Shown one piece after another: positions 8,863-18,909 of a DNA stretch of 58,225 bases. Position numbers and translations under genes: made by a program. The stretch comes from a virus (Duplodnaviria > Caudoviricetes). Position 1 is the stretch's first letter. Every line of letters starts with the position of its first letter. A model generated the notes under the pieces. The model ran no database searches. It was given only the letters and a program-made list of their open reading frames with translations, and was not told where the DNA came from. The stretch lies in IMG/VR virus record IMGVR_UViG_3300022074_000042, positions 1 to 58,225 of that record; one strand, 5' to 3'.

Positions 8863-8875
8863 ATATTTGTGTAAT
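8856..8875 (+). promoter_or_regulatory. Tandem TGTGTAA late motifs upstream of the tape measure gene
   Basis: TGTGTAAA at 8856-8863 and TGTGTAAT at 8868-8875. Confidence 0.5.
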
Positions 8876-8895
8876 TAAAGTAAAGGTTCACGGAT

Positions 8896-11800
8896 ATGCC
8901 ATTACAATTACCAGCAGAATTTATAGGATTAGAGAAAAGCGCTGAAATTGCCGCTAAAAGAGCTGGCAGAAAATTACAGATAAATTTAGGCGCAAACGCG
9001 AAGAGCGTTGAGGGGCTTTCGCAACCTTTAGGAAGGATTACTGGTAAGGCAGACCAGTTTACCAAGTCTATGGAGGCAGCTAATGCCCGTGTGTTGGCAT
9101 TTGGAGCTTCAGTGGGTGTGCTTTCGGCAGTTCAAAGAGGTTTCGCGGATTTAGTAAGAACAACTATCGAAGTAGAAAAATCTCTTGCTAGTATTAATTC
9201 CATTCTGGGAACCACTAACAAAGAATTAAATAACTTTAAGGGGACTATTTTTGATGTAGCTCGAAATACAGAGCAATCATTTGAAACAGTGGCGAACGCT
9301 GCTTTAGAATTAAGCCGACAAGGTTTAAAAGCAGAAGAAGTTACAAAAAGATTAAATGACTCTTTAGTTTTAAGTCGTTTGTCTGGGTTGGGCGCTGCTG
9401 AAGCGGTCGCTGGTTTAACATCAGCTATTAACTCTTTCAATTCTACTGGGATTACTAGTGCAGAAGTTCTTAATAAATTATCTGCTGCCGCTGTTTCGGC
9501 TGCTGTTTCAGAAAAAGATCTGATCGAAGGTATTAAGCGATCTGGTTCTGTTGCTATTCAGGCTGGTGTATCTTTTGATGAGTTGGTCGGTGTTATTACA
9601 GCCGTCCAAGAAAGAACCGCCCGAGGAGGAGCTGTTATAGGTAACTCCTTTAAAACAATTTTTACTCGTATTCAAAGTCTCGACAAGCTTGAGACGATGC
9701 AAAATCTTGGCGTTGAAGTTACTGATGCATCAGGACAAGTTTTAAGTGCGACCAAATTAATTCAAAATTTAGGAAAGACTTTAGAGACTTTACCTGACGC
9801 TAAAAGGTTGCAGATTGCAGAGAATCTAGTAGGTAAATTCCAGATCGCTCCTTTCTTAGCTATTCTTGAAGATTATAATAGAGAAACTTCTACAGCTATT
9901 AAGGTAACTGAAATTGCTGGTAAAGCCACCAATGAAGCTTACAGTCGTAATATAGCTTTAAATCAAACTTTATCTGCCGTCCTTAATGAGACTACTATTA
10001 ATTTAAAAGAGTTAGCTAACACTTTAGGAGAAATTGGTGTCACAGATAATTTAAAAAGTATTCTAGACTTTTTTAGTAATATTTTTGGTAAAGTGAATGA
10101 ACTGCTTGGGGACGGAGAAGAGACAGGATCTGATTTCGCCAAAGGAATAGTAAAAGGTATAGGAGGTGTCATTGCTGGACCTGGGTTAGCTATCTTTGGA
10201 GCTATCATTCTAAAGCTTACTGCGGATTTAGCGAAGTTCGGTATTGGTTCTTTAAAAACTTTCTTTGGTCTTAATACAGCAGCAAAACAGCAAGCTACTC
10301 TACAAGGACAAATAGCATCCACTCTTTTAAGCAATAAAGGCGTACAAGATGCAATACTAAAAATAGAGAACTCACAAGTAAGTGCTGAACAAAAAAAAGC
10401 ACAACAGACAAAATTTTTTACGACTGCTCTTAATGAGCAACTCGGTATCATGCAAAAAATGCAAGGTATAGCGACTAGAGTAGCTCCTGGAGTTATGCGT
10501 GGGACTAGAGGAGGTCGAGGAGCTGGAGGTTACATACCTAACTTTAATGCAATTGTCGGTTATGGATCAGAACAATCTGATATAAATCGCGGTGTAGGTG
10601 GAGCGCCTAAATCCGCTAAACCTGTTACTATACCAAACTTTAATTTTGGCGGCGGTCAAAAGGGAACGATGGTGGCAAACAACAGCGAGTATATGGTTCC
10701 TAATTTTGCTGGAACTGGAGGATCTGCTATATTTAACCAAGATATGGTTGCTTCAATGGGTCTTCCTGCTGGAGCGAGAAAGATAGGGGCTGCTGGAGGA
10801 TACATACCTAACTTTGCTAAAGTAGTAAAAACTGATGCTGCTGGTATGATTGTGCCGCAAAGACGGCCTGGGCAGACAAGGGGTCAGGGAACTTTTGGAA
10901 AAGGAAAAAATGCTGTCACTTATAATTTTCCAATTTTTGGTATTGATGCAGCAGGAGAAAAAGCCCGAGAAGAAAAAGATCTAAAAAGAGTAGTCGGAAA
11001 ATTTGCTATAGGTTTAGCGAATAGAGAAGCCTTGTCGATGACTGGAGGTAGACCGAAAGCAGAAAAAAAACAGACACTTTCAAACCAAGGATCGATAGGT
11101 AGTTTATCTGGGGCTATTTTTGATACAGCATTAAGTGGTATAATAAAAAGTAAAGATTTTGATTTTGGTGAAACAGCTACGTTTGATTATGTAGGTGCAT
11201 CTGCGATTAATAGTATCGGAGATATATCTCCAGCTTTAAAGAAAACTAATATTAAATTTTTAGATGCGAAAATAGGAGATAACTCTGGCACTAGAAATAG
11301 CATGGCTAAGAAAATATTTAGTTATTTTGGTGCTTCTGCTACTGGTAAATCAATTAGTGGAAAAGGGATAAAAGAGTTGCAGAACGCTAGCGGAGGCAAA
11401 GGACAAAAAGAAATTTTGGGTAAGCTAAATATGGGGAGATTAAAAGCAGCTTCTGGTTACATTCCAAATTTTGCTTCACCTCTCGAAGACGCTATAGGAA
11501 GAGAAAAAGCCGCAGGTCTTCCAATCAATCAAATAAGAATAAATCAAGATCCAACATTAAGAAATTCTGGAAACCCAATGGGTCTTGCTGTAACTAATAC
11601 TCGCGATGAGCCTACTGGAGCTATACCAAACTTCGCTAGAAGATCTACAGAATTAGGTTTTGGTAAAAATCCGACATCTAAAATTAGAAGACAAGGTAGT
11701 TTCGGTGCTTTTGATAAATCAACAATTCAAGCTCAAAAGGATTATACAAAATCTCTTAAAGATTCTACTAATCAAAGTAATCAAAATGTAAAAGGTCAAA

Positions 11801-14800
11801 GGGATATGTTAGGTGGAATCTTCGCCGCCCAAATAGCTATGTCTGCTTTGACAGGAGCGACTTCAGGAGCAACAGAAGGGTTTAGCCTTTTCGCGAATAG
11901 ATTAACTAAAGGTTTATCTGGAGTCACAACAGCAGCTTTTGCAGGTAGTGCTTTAAAAAGCTTTGGAGATTCTATGACAAACGCTCAAGGAAAAGTAAGT
12001 GGATTCGGAAAAGCGCTTGGTGTGGCAGGTATAGTTGGAGCTGCGCTTGGAGCTACTGTATCGATGTTAGATGCTTTTAAGAAAATGGGCGAAGATTCCT
12101 CTGGAATTACAAAAGCTAATAATTTAGCACTGGCAAAAATGGCAGACGCTGCGAATAATGCAGCTATTTCTTTAAATACTTTGACAGAGGTTCAAAAAGT
12201 CGAAATAAATGAGGCGCTGCGTGAAGCATTCGGAGGAGATACTGGCACTCTTGGTTCAGTTGGGGTCGCAGCAGCAGGAATGTTCAGTTTTGGAGCTAAA
12301 GAGTTTGGTCACGGAGATTTATTTACTCAAGCAGAAATAGAAAACCAAGCTGCTGGTACAGTTCAAGTAACTCAAACTGAACAAGCAACAATAGCAAAAA
12401 ACGCAGCACAAGCTGTCGCTGCTATGATTCAAAACGACGGAATAAGTATAGAAGATGCTATTGCAAGAGTCGCCTCAATTGTGAGAGAAGAAGCTGGTAG
12501 AAGTCTTACCGAAGGAAAAGCTGATGAAGATTTTACAGGTAAAGAAGGCGGTTCTGGTCTTGAGGAAGGAGCATTAATCGCTAACCAGAAAGAAGTTGCT
12601 GCTATCAATGATAGATTATTAGGTGTTTTCGAAAAACAAAATAAAGAAAAAAAAGAAGCTATAGAAGCAGAATTAAAAGCAAAACAAGCAGCCGATGAGA
12701 AGTTAAAAGCGCAACGATTTGCTGATAGGATAGCTTCTAGTGCTGCGAAAGAAAGAATTAGAATGGCCGTTGAGCTTGCTAAACTTAACGAATCGGCTTT
12801 AGATAAAGCTAAAAACGATTTGGCTTTCAAAAAAGCTTCCGAAGGTTTAAGTGATTCAGAGATAGCAAGAGAACAAGCTAAAATTAAAGTATTGGAAGCT
12901 CAAAATGAATCAAGACAAAATACTTTAAGTAATGTGACGAAATTAGTTGATCTTACTGGTGAGCTTACAACTAGGACTGACTCCGTGGTAAATTTAGAAA
13001 AATTAATAGAACGATCTTCTAGAGATGGAGTAATAAGTGAAGGAGAAAGACAAAGTATACTCAAAGCTACCAATAAAGTATTAGAGGAAAACACTTCAGA
13101 AAATAATGATCAATTAATTAAAATTAGAAATAATATAGGATTAAGCGAAAAACAATTAAACATACAATTAAAAAGATTAGAAAACGAGAAAAAAATTACT
13201 GCCGAACTATTGAGACAAGAAGAAATAGAATTTGGTGAATCTTCTGACTTAGATTTAATAGAAACAAAGAAATCTAATGAAGTTTTAGATCCTTTATTAA
13301 GGAAACAAGCTCGAATCCAAAATAGAATAACAAATAGAGGTTTAGGTTTACAAACTGGATTCTCGCAAGAGCAAATAGCTCTACAAAATGCTAATGATAA
13401 TATAGAATTAGCTGGCGTTACAAATCAAATAGCACAGCGCAAGCTGTTCGAATCGGCTCGCGATGAAGCGGCTACTCAATTTGGTTCCTTATTCGAAAGA
13501 CAGGGATTAGCTGATGGGCGAAAAGGAAGCACTGAAGCTAGGCGTTTTTTCGATGATAACAATATAAACACTGTAAAGAAACTATTAGAATTTTTTGATT
13601 CTAAAGACCTTGACGAATTCAAAGGTATAAACAAAAAGTTTTTTGCTAGCCTAGAAGAAGGAGGAAGAGCGGATGTAATTGAAAAATTAAAAATAGATCT
13701 ACAACAAAACCAGCAAGCCACAACTGAAAATGCAAAGGCTGCGTTAGCTTCAGCTAACGCAACAAGAGCAAACACAGATGCTGTTAAAGGTTTACCTGAC
13801 ACTCGATTCTTACTACAAGATCGAGCTAAAGCTTTAAGAGATTCTAGAGTAGGTAACTTATTAGAATCGCAGTTGTCTACTGATGCAGCTACTAGGTTTA
13901 AAGGAGGATTAGCAGACAGGAACTATAAAGAAAGATCTAAGCTTATGAAAGATGGGGATGTCGAGGGTTTACGACTTCTTAATGAAGAAGAGGAATTTTC
14001 AGGTCAGATAATAGACGCATCAGCTCAATTTGCCCAAAACATAGGGCAAGCGATGACAGACGCTATCGCTAAAGGAGAAAGTTTGGGTGGTTTATTGAGA
14101 AGTGCTGCTGCGGATTTCTTCGATACTTTATCTCAAGCCTTAATGCAAAAGGCTGTAAATAGTATGATCGGAGAAGGAGCGGGATCAGGAGGAGGATTTT
14201 TGGGTAGCATATTGGGTTTTGGTGGTTTTGAATTCAAAAATTCTGGAGGTAAAGTTAATGGAGGATCTGGAGTTAGAGATGATGTTCCAGCTCTTTTGAC
14301 TGGTGGAGAGTTTGTCATGAAAAAAGGAGCTGTTCAAAAATATGGAGCAGGTTTCATGTCGGCTCTTAACGAAGGGCAAATACCCATGATGAATCGAGGG
14401 GGTTTGTTTACCCCAGGAACTTATGGTCAAGGAGAAATGAAGGGTAAGAAAAATCTTTTAGATTTTGCGACTCAATCTTTCACAACTGGAGCTTTTGATT
14501 CTGTTTCTGGTGGGGCTGGATTCGCATCTGTTGCGCTAGAGCCTCAAAGCGCAGCCCTTACGATGTTTGGACGTAGGAACAGCCCACAGTTTGCACAAGA
14601 GCAAGCAAGCAAAAGGTCAGCATTTGGATTATATGTTCAACAGGTAAACAAAGAAAAGCAAATGCGAGAGCAAGAGAAGCAAGCTAACAAAGCTTTGCTA
14701 GGTTCTATAGCATCCTTCGCTATATCCTTTGGTTTGAATGAAATGTTTAGTGGTGGTAAAACAGCAGACTTATCTAATATAGGGGGCGGTTCACCAAATT

Positions 14801-15312
14801 TAGGATCACATGGTAGGAGCGCTACAGATCGACCTGTTGGAATGCAACCTTATACTTTGAACAATGCTCTCCCTAATCCCAATCTTAATTTAGCATCTAA
14901 TCCAGATGGCACATTCACTATGTTACCCCAACTTAGAAGAGCTACAGGAGGATCTATACCTTATGCAGCGGGAGTAGATACTGTTCCTGCCATGTTATCA
15001 GGAGGAGAGTTTGTTATGAACGCAGCAGCGACCCAAAAGATAGGTAAGGGTGCATTATCCTCTATGAATTCTGGTGGTGGTGCTGAAAATGGAGGAGCTG
15101 TCATAAACAAGCTCGATGAATTAATTTCTGTTTCTGATAACCAAGGAGAAACTGTAATTAACATCACTGTAAATTCAGATGGAACATCTAGTGAAAATGG
15201 AAACGCAGATGAAGAAAATACAAATCTTGCAGGAAGAATAAGAGATGTTGTCAAACAAGTTATTGATGATGAAAAGAGACTAGGAGGATCTTTAAGACAA
15301 GCTAAAGCATAA
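8896..15312 (+). CDS. Tail tape measure protein
   Basis: 2138 aa with an N-terminal TP901-type TMP core (ELSRQGL, GGAVIGNSFKTIFTRI), Ala/Gly-rich hydrophobic stretches, coiled coils and C-terminal DDVPALLTGGEFVM motifs. Confidence 0.92.
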   Translation: MPLQLPAEFIGLEKSAEIAAKRAGRKLQINLGANAKSVEGLSQPLGRITGKADQFTKSMEAANARVLAFGASVGVLSAVQRGFADLVRTTIEVEKSLASINSILGTTNKELNNFKGTIFDVARNTEQSFETVANAALELSRQGLKAEEVTKRLNDSLVLSRLSGLGAAEAVAGLTSAINSFNSTGITSAEVLNKLSAAAVSAAVSEKDLIEGIKRSGSVAIQAGVSFDELVGVITAVQERTARGGAVIGNSFKTIFTRIQSLDKLETMQNLGVEVTDASGQVLSATKLIQNLGKTLETLPDAKRLQIAENLVGKFQIAPFLAILEDYNRETSTAIKVTEIAGKATNEAYSRNIALNQTLSAVLNETTINLKELANTLGEIGVTDNLKSILDFFSNIFGKVNELLGDGEETGSDFAKGIVKGIGGVIAGPGLAIFGAIILKLTADLAKFGIGSLKTFFGLNTAAKQQATLQGQIASTLLSNKGVQDAILKIENSQVSAEQKKAQQTKFFTTALNEQLGIMQKMQGIATRVAPGVMRGTRGGRGAGGYIPNFNAIVGYGSEQSDINRGVGGAPKSAKPVTIPNFNFGGGQKGTMVANNSEYMVPNFAGTGGSAIFNQDMVASMGLPAGARKIGAAGGYIPNFAKVVKTDAAGMIVPQRRPGQTRGQGTFGKGKNAVTYNFPIFGIDAAGEKAREEKDLKRVVGKFAIGLANREALSMTGGRPKAEKKQTLSNQGSIGSLSGAIFDTALSGIIKSKDFDFGETATFDYVGASAINSIGDISPALKKTNIKFLDAKIGDNSGTRNSMAKKIFSYFGASATGKSISGKGIKELQNASGGKGQKEILGKLNMGRLKAASGYIPNFASPLEDAIGREKAAGLPINQIRINQDPTLRNSGNPMGLAVTNTRDEPTGAIPNFARRSTELGFGKNPTSKIRRQGSFGAFDKSTIQAQKDYTKSLKDSTNQSNQNVKGQRDMLGGIFAAQIAMSALTGATSGATEGFSLFANRLTKGLSGVTTAAFAGSALKSFGDSMTNAQGKVSGFGKALGVAGIVGAALGATVSMLDAFKKMGEDSSGITKANNLALAKMADAANNAAISLNTLTEVQKVEINEALREAFGGDTGTLGSVGVAAAGMFSFGAKEFGHGDLFTQAEIENQAAGTVQVTQTEQATIAKNAAQAVAAMIQNDGISIEDAIARVASIVREEAGRSLTEGKADEDFTGKEGGSGLEEGALIANQKEVAAINDRLLGVFEKQNKEKKEAIEAELKAKQAADEKLKAQRFADRIASSAAKERIRMAVELAKLNESALDKAKNDLAFKKASEGLSDSEIAREQAKIKVLEAQNESRQNTLSNVTKLVDLTGELTTRTDSVVNLEKLIERSSRDGVISEGERQSILKATNKVLEENTSENNDQLIKIRNNIGLSEKQLNIQLKRLENEKKITAELLRQEEIEFGESSDLDLIETKKSNEVLDPLLRKQARIQNRITNRGLGLQTGFSQEQIALQNANDNIELAGVTNQIAQRKLFESARDEAATQFGSLFERQGLADGRKGSTEARRFFDDNNINTVKKLLEFFDSKDLDEFKGINKKFFASLEEGGRADVIEKLKIDLQQNQQATTENAKAALASANATRANTDAVKGLPDTRFLLQDRAKALRDSRVGNLLESQLSTDAATRFKGGLADRNYKERSKLMKDGDVEGLRLLNEEEEFSGQIIDASAQFAQNIGQAMTDAIAKGESLGGLLRSAAADFFDTLSQALMQKAVNSMIGEGAGSGGGFLGSILGFGGFEFKNSGGKVNGGSGVRDDVPALLTGGEFVMKKGAVQKYGAGFMSALNEGQIPMMNRGGLFTPGTYGQGEMKGKKNLLDFATQSFTTGAFDSVSGGAGFASVALEPQSAALTMFGRRNSPQFAQEQASKRSAFGLYVQQVNKEKQMREQEKQANKALLGSIASFAISFGLNEMFSGGKTADLSNIGGGSPNLGSHGRSATDRPVGMQPYTLNNALPNPNLNLASNPDGTFTMLPQLRRATGGSIPYAAGVDTVPAMLSGGEFVMNAAATQKIGKGALSSMNSGGGAENGGAVINKLDELISVSDNQGETVINITVNSDGTSSENGNADEENTNLAGRIRDVVKQVIDDEKRLGGSLRQAKA
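10522..10815 (+). repeat. 24-bp direct repeat encoding AGGYIPNF within the tape measure gene
   Basis: GCTGGAGG(T/A)TACATACCTAACTTT at 10522-10545 and 10792-10815, one mismatch. Confidence 0.85.
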
Positions 15313-16130
15313 TGTATGACACAACTTTAAATTACGACTGCCACTTCTTTATATCAGGAGTGGATGGAAGTCCATCACCGAGAGAGCTTTCGGGCATAGA
15401 AAGTCTTGATATAGGGTATTCGAATAGCAGTAACGTTTTAGCTCCTTTAGGATCAATCCGTGGTTTAACAACAGTAGGCGGCGCTACAAATCAAACGGTT
15501 TCTTTTTCTAGAAATCTGATTTATGAAGACCCTATTTTAGATTTTACAGGCGCATCTGAAGTTATGAAAGGAAGTTTTAATTATAATAATAATGCTTCTT
15601 ATGGGTTTACTGATGGATATTTATCTTCTTATTCCGTCAATTGTGCTGTCGGAGCTATTCCTAAAGTTAACACATCATTTACTGTTTATGATGAAATGAA
15701 AAGTGGTGTAAACGCTAGTGGGACAATAATTGGTTTTGAAACTCCTATTTACATACCAAGCCAAGGATCTATAACTGCAACCTGTGATAATAGCACAAGT
15801 AATAGAGTTATTGGTTTTGATTATTCTTTAACTGTAAATAAAAAACCTTATTATAGTATTGGTTCTGAAACTCCAACAGAGGTTAAACATATAAATCCAA
15901 TTCAATATTCTGCTTCAGTTCAAATGGAAGTAGACGATATATTTTTACAAAGCGGTTTTGATTTTTTAAATACAAGAGAAAATAAAAGTGTTTCTTTTTC
16001 TATTAAGGGTAAAAATGGTAACACTTTACAAAATCTAACAATACCTAATGCATCTCTTGTTTCTGAACAATTGACATCTAGCTCTGATGGGGCAGTTCGT
16101 TTAACACTTAACTATATAGGAAGCCAATGA
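15312..16130 (+). CDS. Tail-tip protein, tail-tube paralog
   Basis: GYLSSYSVNCAVGAIPKVNTSF aligns with CYLSDYSVEMAVGSIPTASVSF of 3734-4831; directly after the TMP gene. Confidence 0.6.
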   Translation: MYDTTLNYDCHFFISGVDGSPSPRELSGIESLDIGYSNSSNVLAPLGSIRGLTTVGGATNQTVSFSRNLIYEDPILDFTGASEVMKGSFNYNNNASYGFTDGYLSSYSVNCAVGAIPKVNTSFTVYDEMKSGVNASGTIIGFETPIYIPSQGSITATCDNSTSNRVIGFDYSLTVNKKPYYSIGSETPTEVKHINPIQYSASVQMEVDDIFLQSGFDFLNTRENKSVSFSIKGKNGNTLQNLTIPNASLVSEQLTSSSDGAVRLTLNYIGSQ

Positions 16131-17083
16131 GCGAAAGTTTATTTTATAATAGAGACAACAATATCTCTGGAATTAGCGTTCCTTCTACTATTCGCTTGTT
16201 AAATCTTACTCCTGTTTATGGATCGCAAGTTAACTTCGAAGCTACTAATCATAGTTATAATACTGATGATTTTTATTACAATTTAGTTCCTTATTCAGTA
16301 AATAGTTTAACTGCTCAATTTAATGTAAGGTATGATGTAAATGAAACTAATGCTCAAAGATTAGCTGTATTTTTTGAAAATCAATCGGGTGTAGAAGATA
16401 TTCCTTTCACTCCTGATTCTTCAAATATATATAAAACAGTAACAGGTTTTTGTAATAATTATGCTATTAATTTTGTTAATAATCAACACTATGAAGTAGC
16501 ATCGACTATAAGCGTAGATCATGCTCCTACTTTATTAAAGTGGTCAGGTATGGGCTGCTTTGCTAACTTGGATTTTAATGGTTGGACACCTAGTTCGACT
16601 TATAAAGAATATAACGTTATATATTCGGGAATAAATCAAAATAAATTAGATAATTTTTACTATTGCACTGGAGATCATACTTCCACTGAAGCCAATAGTC
16701 CTACAGGAACAAATTCAATGTGGAGTCAAAAATTCTTTTTTGAACCAGACATCGGGACACAAAATAATGTAGTTATAAAAGCAGATGTTCTTGAGTATAA
16801 AAATTCATTTAAACAAAGGATAAAAACAAATGACAACATCTCTACTTTTGATATCAGTTATACTTTTAGTAATATTTCTGATTCCCAAACCAAAAGCATG
16901 ATTCACTTTTTAGAAAACAAAGGTGGTTACAGAAGATTTGAACACCAAATACCTTCTGTTTACAACAGACCAAAAGTTTACTATTGTCCGAAATGGACGC
17001 ACACTTGGAACTATGTCAATTCTAATACATTGACCGTGGATTTTGTAGAAGACCCTTTGGGTGTAATTCCAACAGGAACATAA
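16127..17083 (+). CDS. Distal/minor tail protein (two lambda gpM-like domains with a central CBM-like insert)
   Basis: Repeated motif NAQRLAVFFENQSG / QTKSMIHFLENKGG; C-terminal KVYYCPKWTHTW...VDFVE; central WTPSSTY...YYCTGDHTS...W. Confidence 0.6.
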   Translation: MSESLFYNRDNNISGISVPSTIRLLNLTPVYGSQVNFEATNHSYNTDDFYYNLVPYSVNSLTAQFNVRYDVNETNAQRLAVFFENQSGVEDIPFTPDSSNIYKTVTGFCNNYAINFVNNQHYEVASTISVDHAPTLLKWSGMGCFANLDFNGWTPSSTYKEYNVIYSGINQNKLDNFYYCTGDHTSTEANSPTGTNSMWSQKFFFEPDIGTQNNVVIKADVLEYKNSFKQRIKTNDNISTFDISYTFSNISDSQTKSMIHFLENKGGYRRFEHQIPSVYNRPKVYYCPKWTHTWNYVNSNTLTVDFVEDPLGVIPTGT

Positions 17084-17084
17084 A

Positions 17085-18179
17085 ATGAGTAGAGGAGTAT
17101 CAATAAAAAGCCCAAACGCTGCTGTATTTGTACAAAACGGACCATCTTTTTCTGAATTGAATTTAGATGTTGTTTTGTATAAACTGGTTCAGAATTTTAG
17201 TTATTCCGTTAGTTTTCCTAGACAAGAATTAAAACAATTAGGCACTCAAGATTTATCTCTAAAAGAGATGACACAACAGCCTGATGTGCAGTTGAATTTC
17301 ACTTATATACCAGAACTTTCTTTTGGAAATGAAAATCATGGCAACTTTAAAAGTGCTGCATTAGGAACTTCAACATATCGAAATATGTTTTCAGGTGTTT
17401 CTGAAAGAGCGACAAACTTTTATGTAGTTAACACTCCTGAAACTGGGAATATTGATGCTTTTGATTCTATTAAATTTAACGAAGATCCTTTCGATTTAAC
17501 AGGATTTGATTGTATGGCTTTCGGTAATTGTTTTCCTGTTTCTTATAGTTTGTCTTATGGGATAGGAACATTGCCTTCTGTGTCTACTAGTTATATTTGT
17601 TCTAATATGGTTTTCGAGCACTTGACAGGAACTTCTATGGAAATGCCCTCTATTAATTTAACTGGAGGAAATAACGATAATGTCGGAAGGTCTTTATTTC
17701 AAATTGATCCGCAAACAAACAGCGATAGAAATCCCCCGATAATTAATCCTACAGATCCTCAAAGCAGCGTTACTTTGCAAAATTTGCAAGTAGGAGGACA
17801 ACGCTTATCTGGTATACATTTTATACAAGCTGTAGATATGCAAGTCTCACTGCCTAGAGTTTCATCATATGGATTAGGTAATGATTTTGCTTATAACAGA
17901 AAAGCTCAATTCCCAGCTCAAGGAACTTTTTCAGTTTCTTCTTTAGTCTCGGGATTTGATGAGGGTTTTGTAACAGGCGTTTTAAGCGATGACAGAAAAT
18001 ATGACTTTGAGTTAGTATTGGCTTCTGGAGACAAAAAAATGATATATGAAATCCAAGAAGCTAAACTGGACTCTTATAATTATGGAATGCCCATAAACGA
18101 TAAAATGACTTTTGACGCAAGTTTTAGTTTCACAGTCACAGAAGAGAAAGGGTTAAGGTTTAGCGGAAGCACTTATTAA
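17085..18179 (+). CDS. Tail-tube paralog (tail-tip or tube-initiator protein)
   Basis: 364 aa and collinear with 3734-4831: VQNFSYSVSFPRQELKQLG, GNCFPVSYSLSYGIGTLPSVS, IQAVDMQVSLPRVSSYGLG. Confidence 0.65.
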   Translation: MSRGVSIKSPNAAVFVQNGPSFSELNLDVVLYKLVQNFSYSVSFPRQELKQLGTQDLSLKEMTQQPDVQLNFTYIPELSFGNENHGNFKSAALGTSTYRNMFSGVSERATNFYVVNTPETGNIDAFDSIKFNEDPFDLTGFDCMAFGNCFPVSYSLSYGIGTLPSVSTSYICSNMVFEHLTGTSMEMPSINLTGGNNDNVGRSLFQIDPQTNSDRNPPIINPTDPQSSVTLQNLQVGGQRLSGIHFIQAVDMQVSLPRVSSYGLGNDFAYNRKAQFPAQGTFSVSSLVSGFDEGFVTGVLSDDRKYDFELVLASGDKKMIYEIQEAKLDSYNYGMPINDKMTFDASFSFTVTEEKGLRFSGSTY

Positions 18180-18565
18180 TCGTAATCGATTTTAATATTT
18201 TTGCTTTCGTAACCTTTTTCTTTAATTCTGTTCGGATGTTCTGCGCCTTTACGTTCCTTTTTGTAATTATCGTAGAACTTTTCCTTTACTGGATCTAAGC
18301 CCCCAGATTTTTCTGCTCTCTTCGCACTCAATTCAGCAGACAGGTCCATCATATCGCCTATAGTGCCTTTTTTGTTGTGAGTAGCGTCAATGTATTGTTG
18401 ATTATTAAAAGGGTCTATAGAGCTATCTATGGATGCGTGGGGGACGGTCCAAACCCTCCCCCACTCTACACCAAATTCGTCTATATATATGTGTTCATCA
18501 TTCATCCTTTGAAACACCTCGCGGTGTTCATCTGTATCAGGATGTTTATAAACATATAAAGACAT
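18176..18565 (-). CDS. FmdB-like regulatory protein lacking the zinc-ribbon cysteines
   Basis: MSLYVYKHPDTDEHREVFQRMND follows the FmdB pattern MPxYxYxCxxC..FEv.q.m.d. Confidence 0.5.
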   Translation of the reverse strand: MSLYVYKHPDTDEHREVFQRMNDEHIYIDEFGVEWGRVWTVPHASIDSSIDPFNNQQYIDATHNKKGTIGDMMDLSAELSAKRAEKSGGLDPVKEKFYDNYKKERKGAEHPNRIKEKGYESKNIKIDYD

Positions 18566-18879
18566 TATTTTATATCTATTTTTTTTGCCTTCGCAATTGC
18601 CTTTTTAGGTAGAGTTATTTTTAAAAGACCATTCTTCAATAAAGCAGAGATGTGGTCCTCTGCCACTAAATCATATAAGAACAACTGGTATGATTTTTGT
18701 CTTTCTTCAGTTTTAGCATCTACCGTTAGGATATTATCTGTTACTTTAATATCTATGTCTTTCTTACAGAATCCAGCTAATTCGAACTCTGCCGCATAGA
18801 CATCTCCCGAGTCTTTAACTGGGTGAGTTTTAGTAGTTTTGCTAATATCGTTAAGAATGTTGTTAATTAATGTATTCAT
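18565..18879 (-). CDS. Small heat shock protein (Hsp20/alpha-crystallin)
   Basis: ELAGFCKKDIDIKVTDNILTV, ISALLKNGLLKITLPK and C-terminal IDI motif. Confidence 0.88.
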   Translation of the reverse strand: MNTLINNILNDISKTTKTHPVKDSGDVYAAEFELAGFCKKDIDIKVTDNILTVDAKTEERQKSYQLFLYDLVAEDHISALLKNGLLKITLPKKAIAKAKKIDIK

Positions 18880-18891
18880 AGTTATTTATTT

Positions 18892-18907
18892 AACATTTAT
18901 TATGCCA
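18892..18907 (-). promoter_or_regulatory. Degenerate sigma54-like (-24/-12) element before hsp20
   Basis: TGGCATAATAAATGTT gives GG-N10-GT rather than the canonical GC. Confidence 0.25.
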
Positions 18908-18909
18908 TT

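Noticed and set aside
9132-15254. Many 60-160 aa antisense ORFs within the tape measure and other long genes
   Set aside because: These are shadow ORFs opposite well-supported genes, with no motifs or independent signals.
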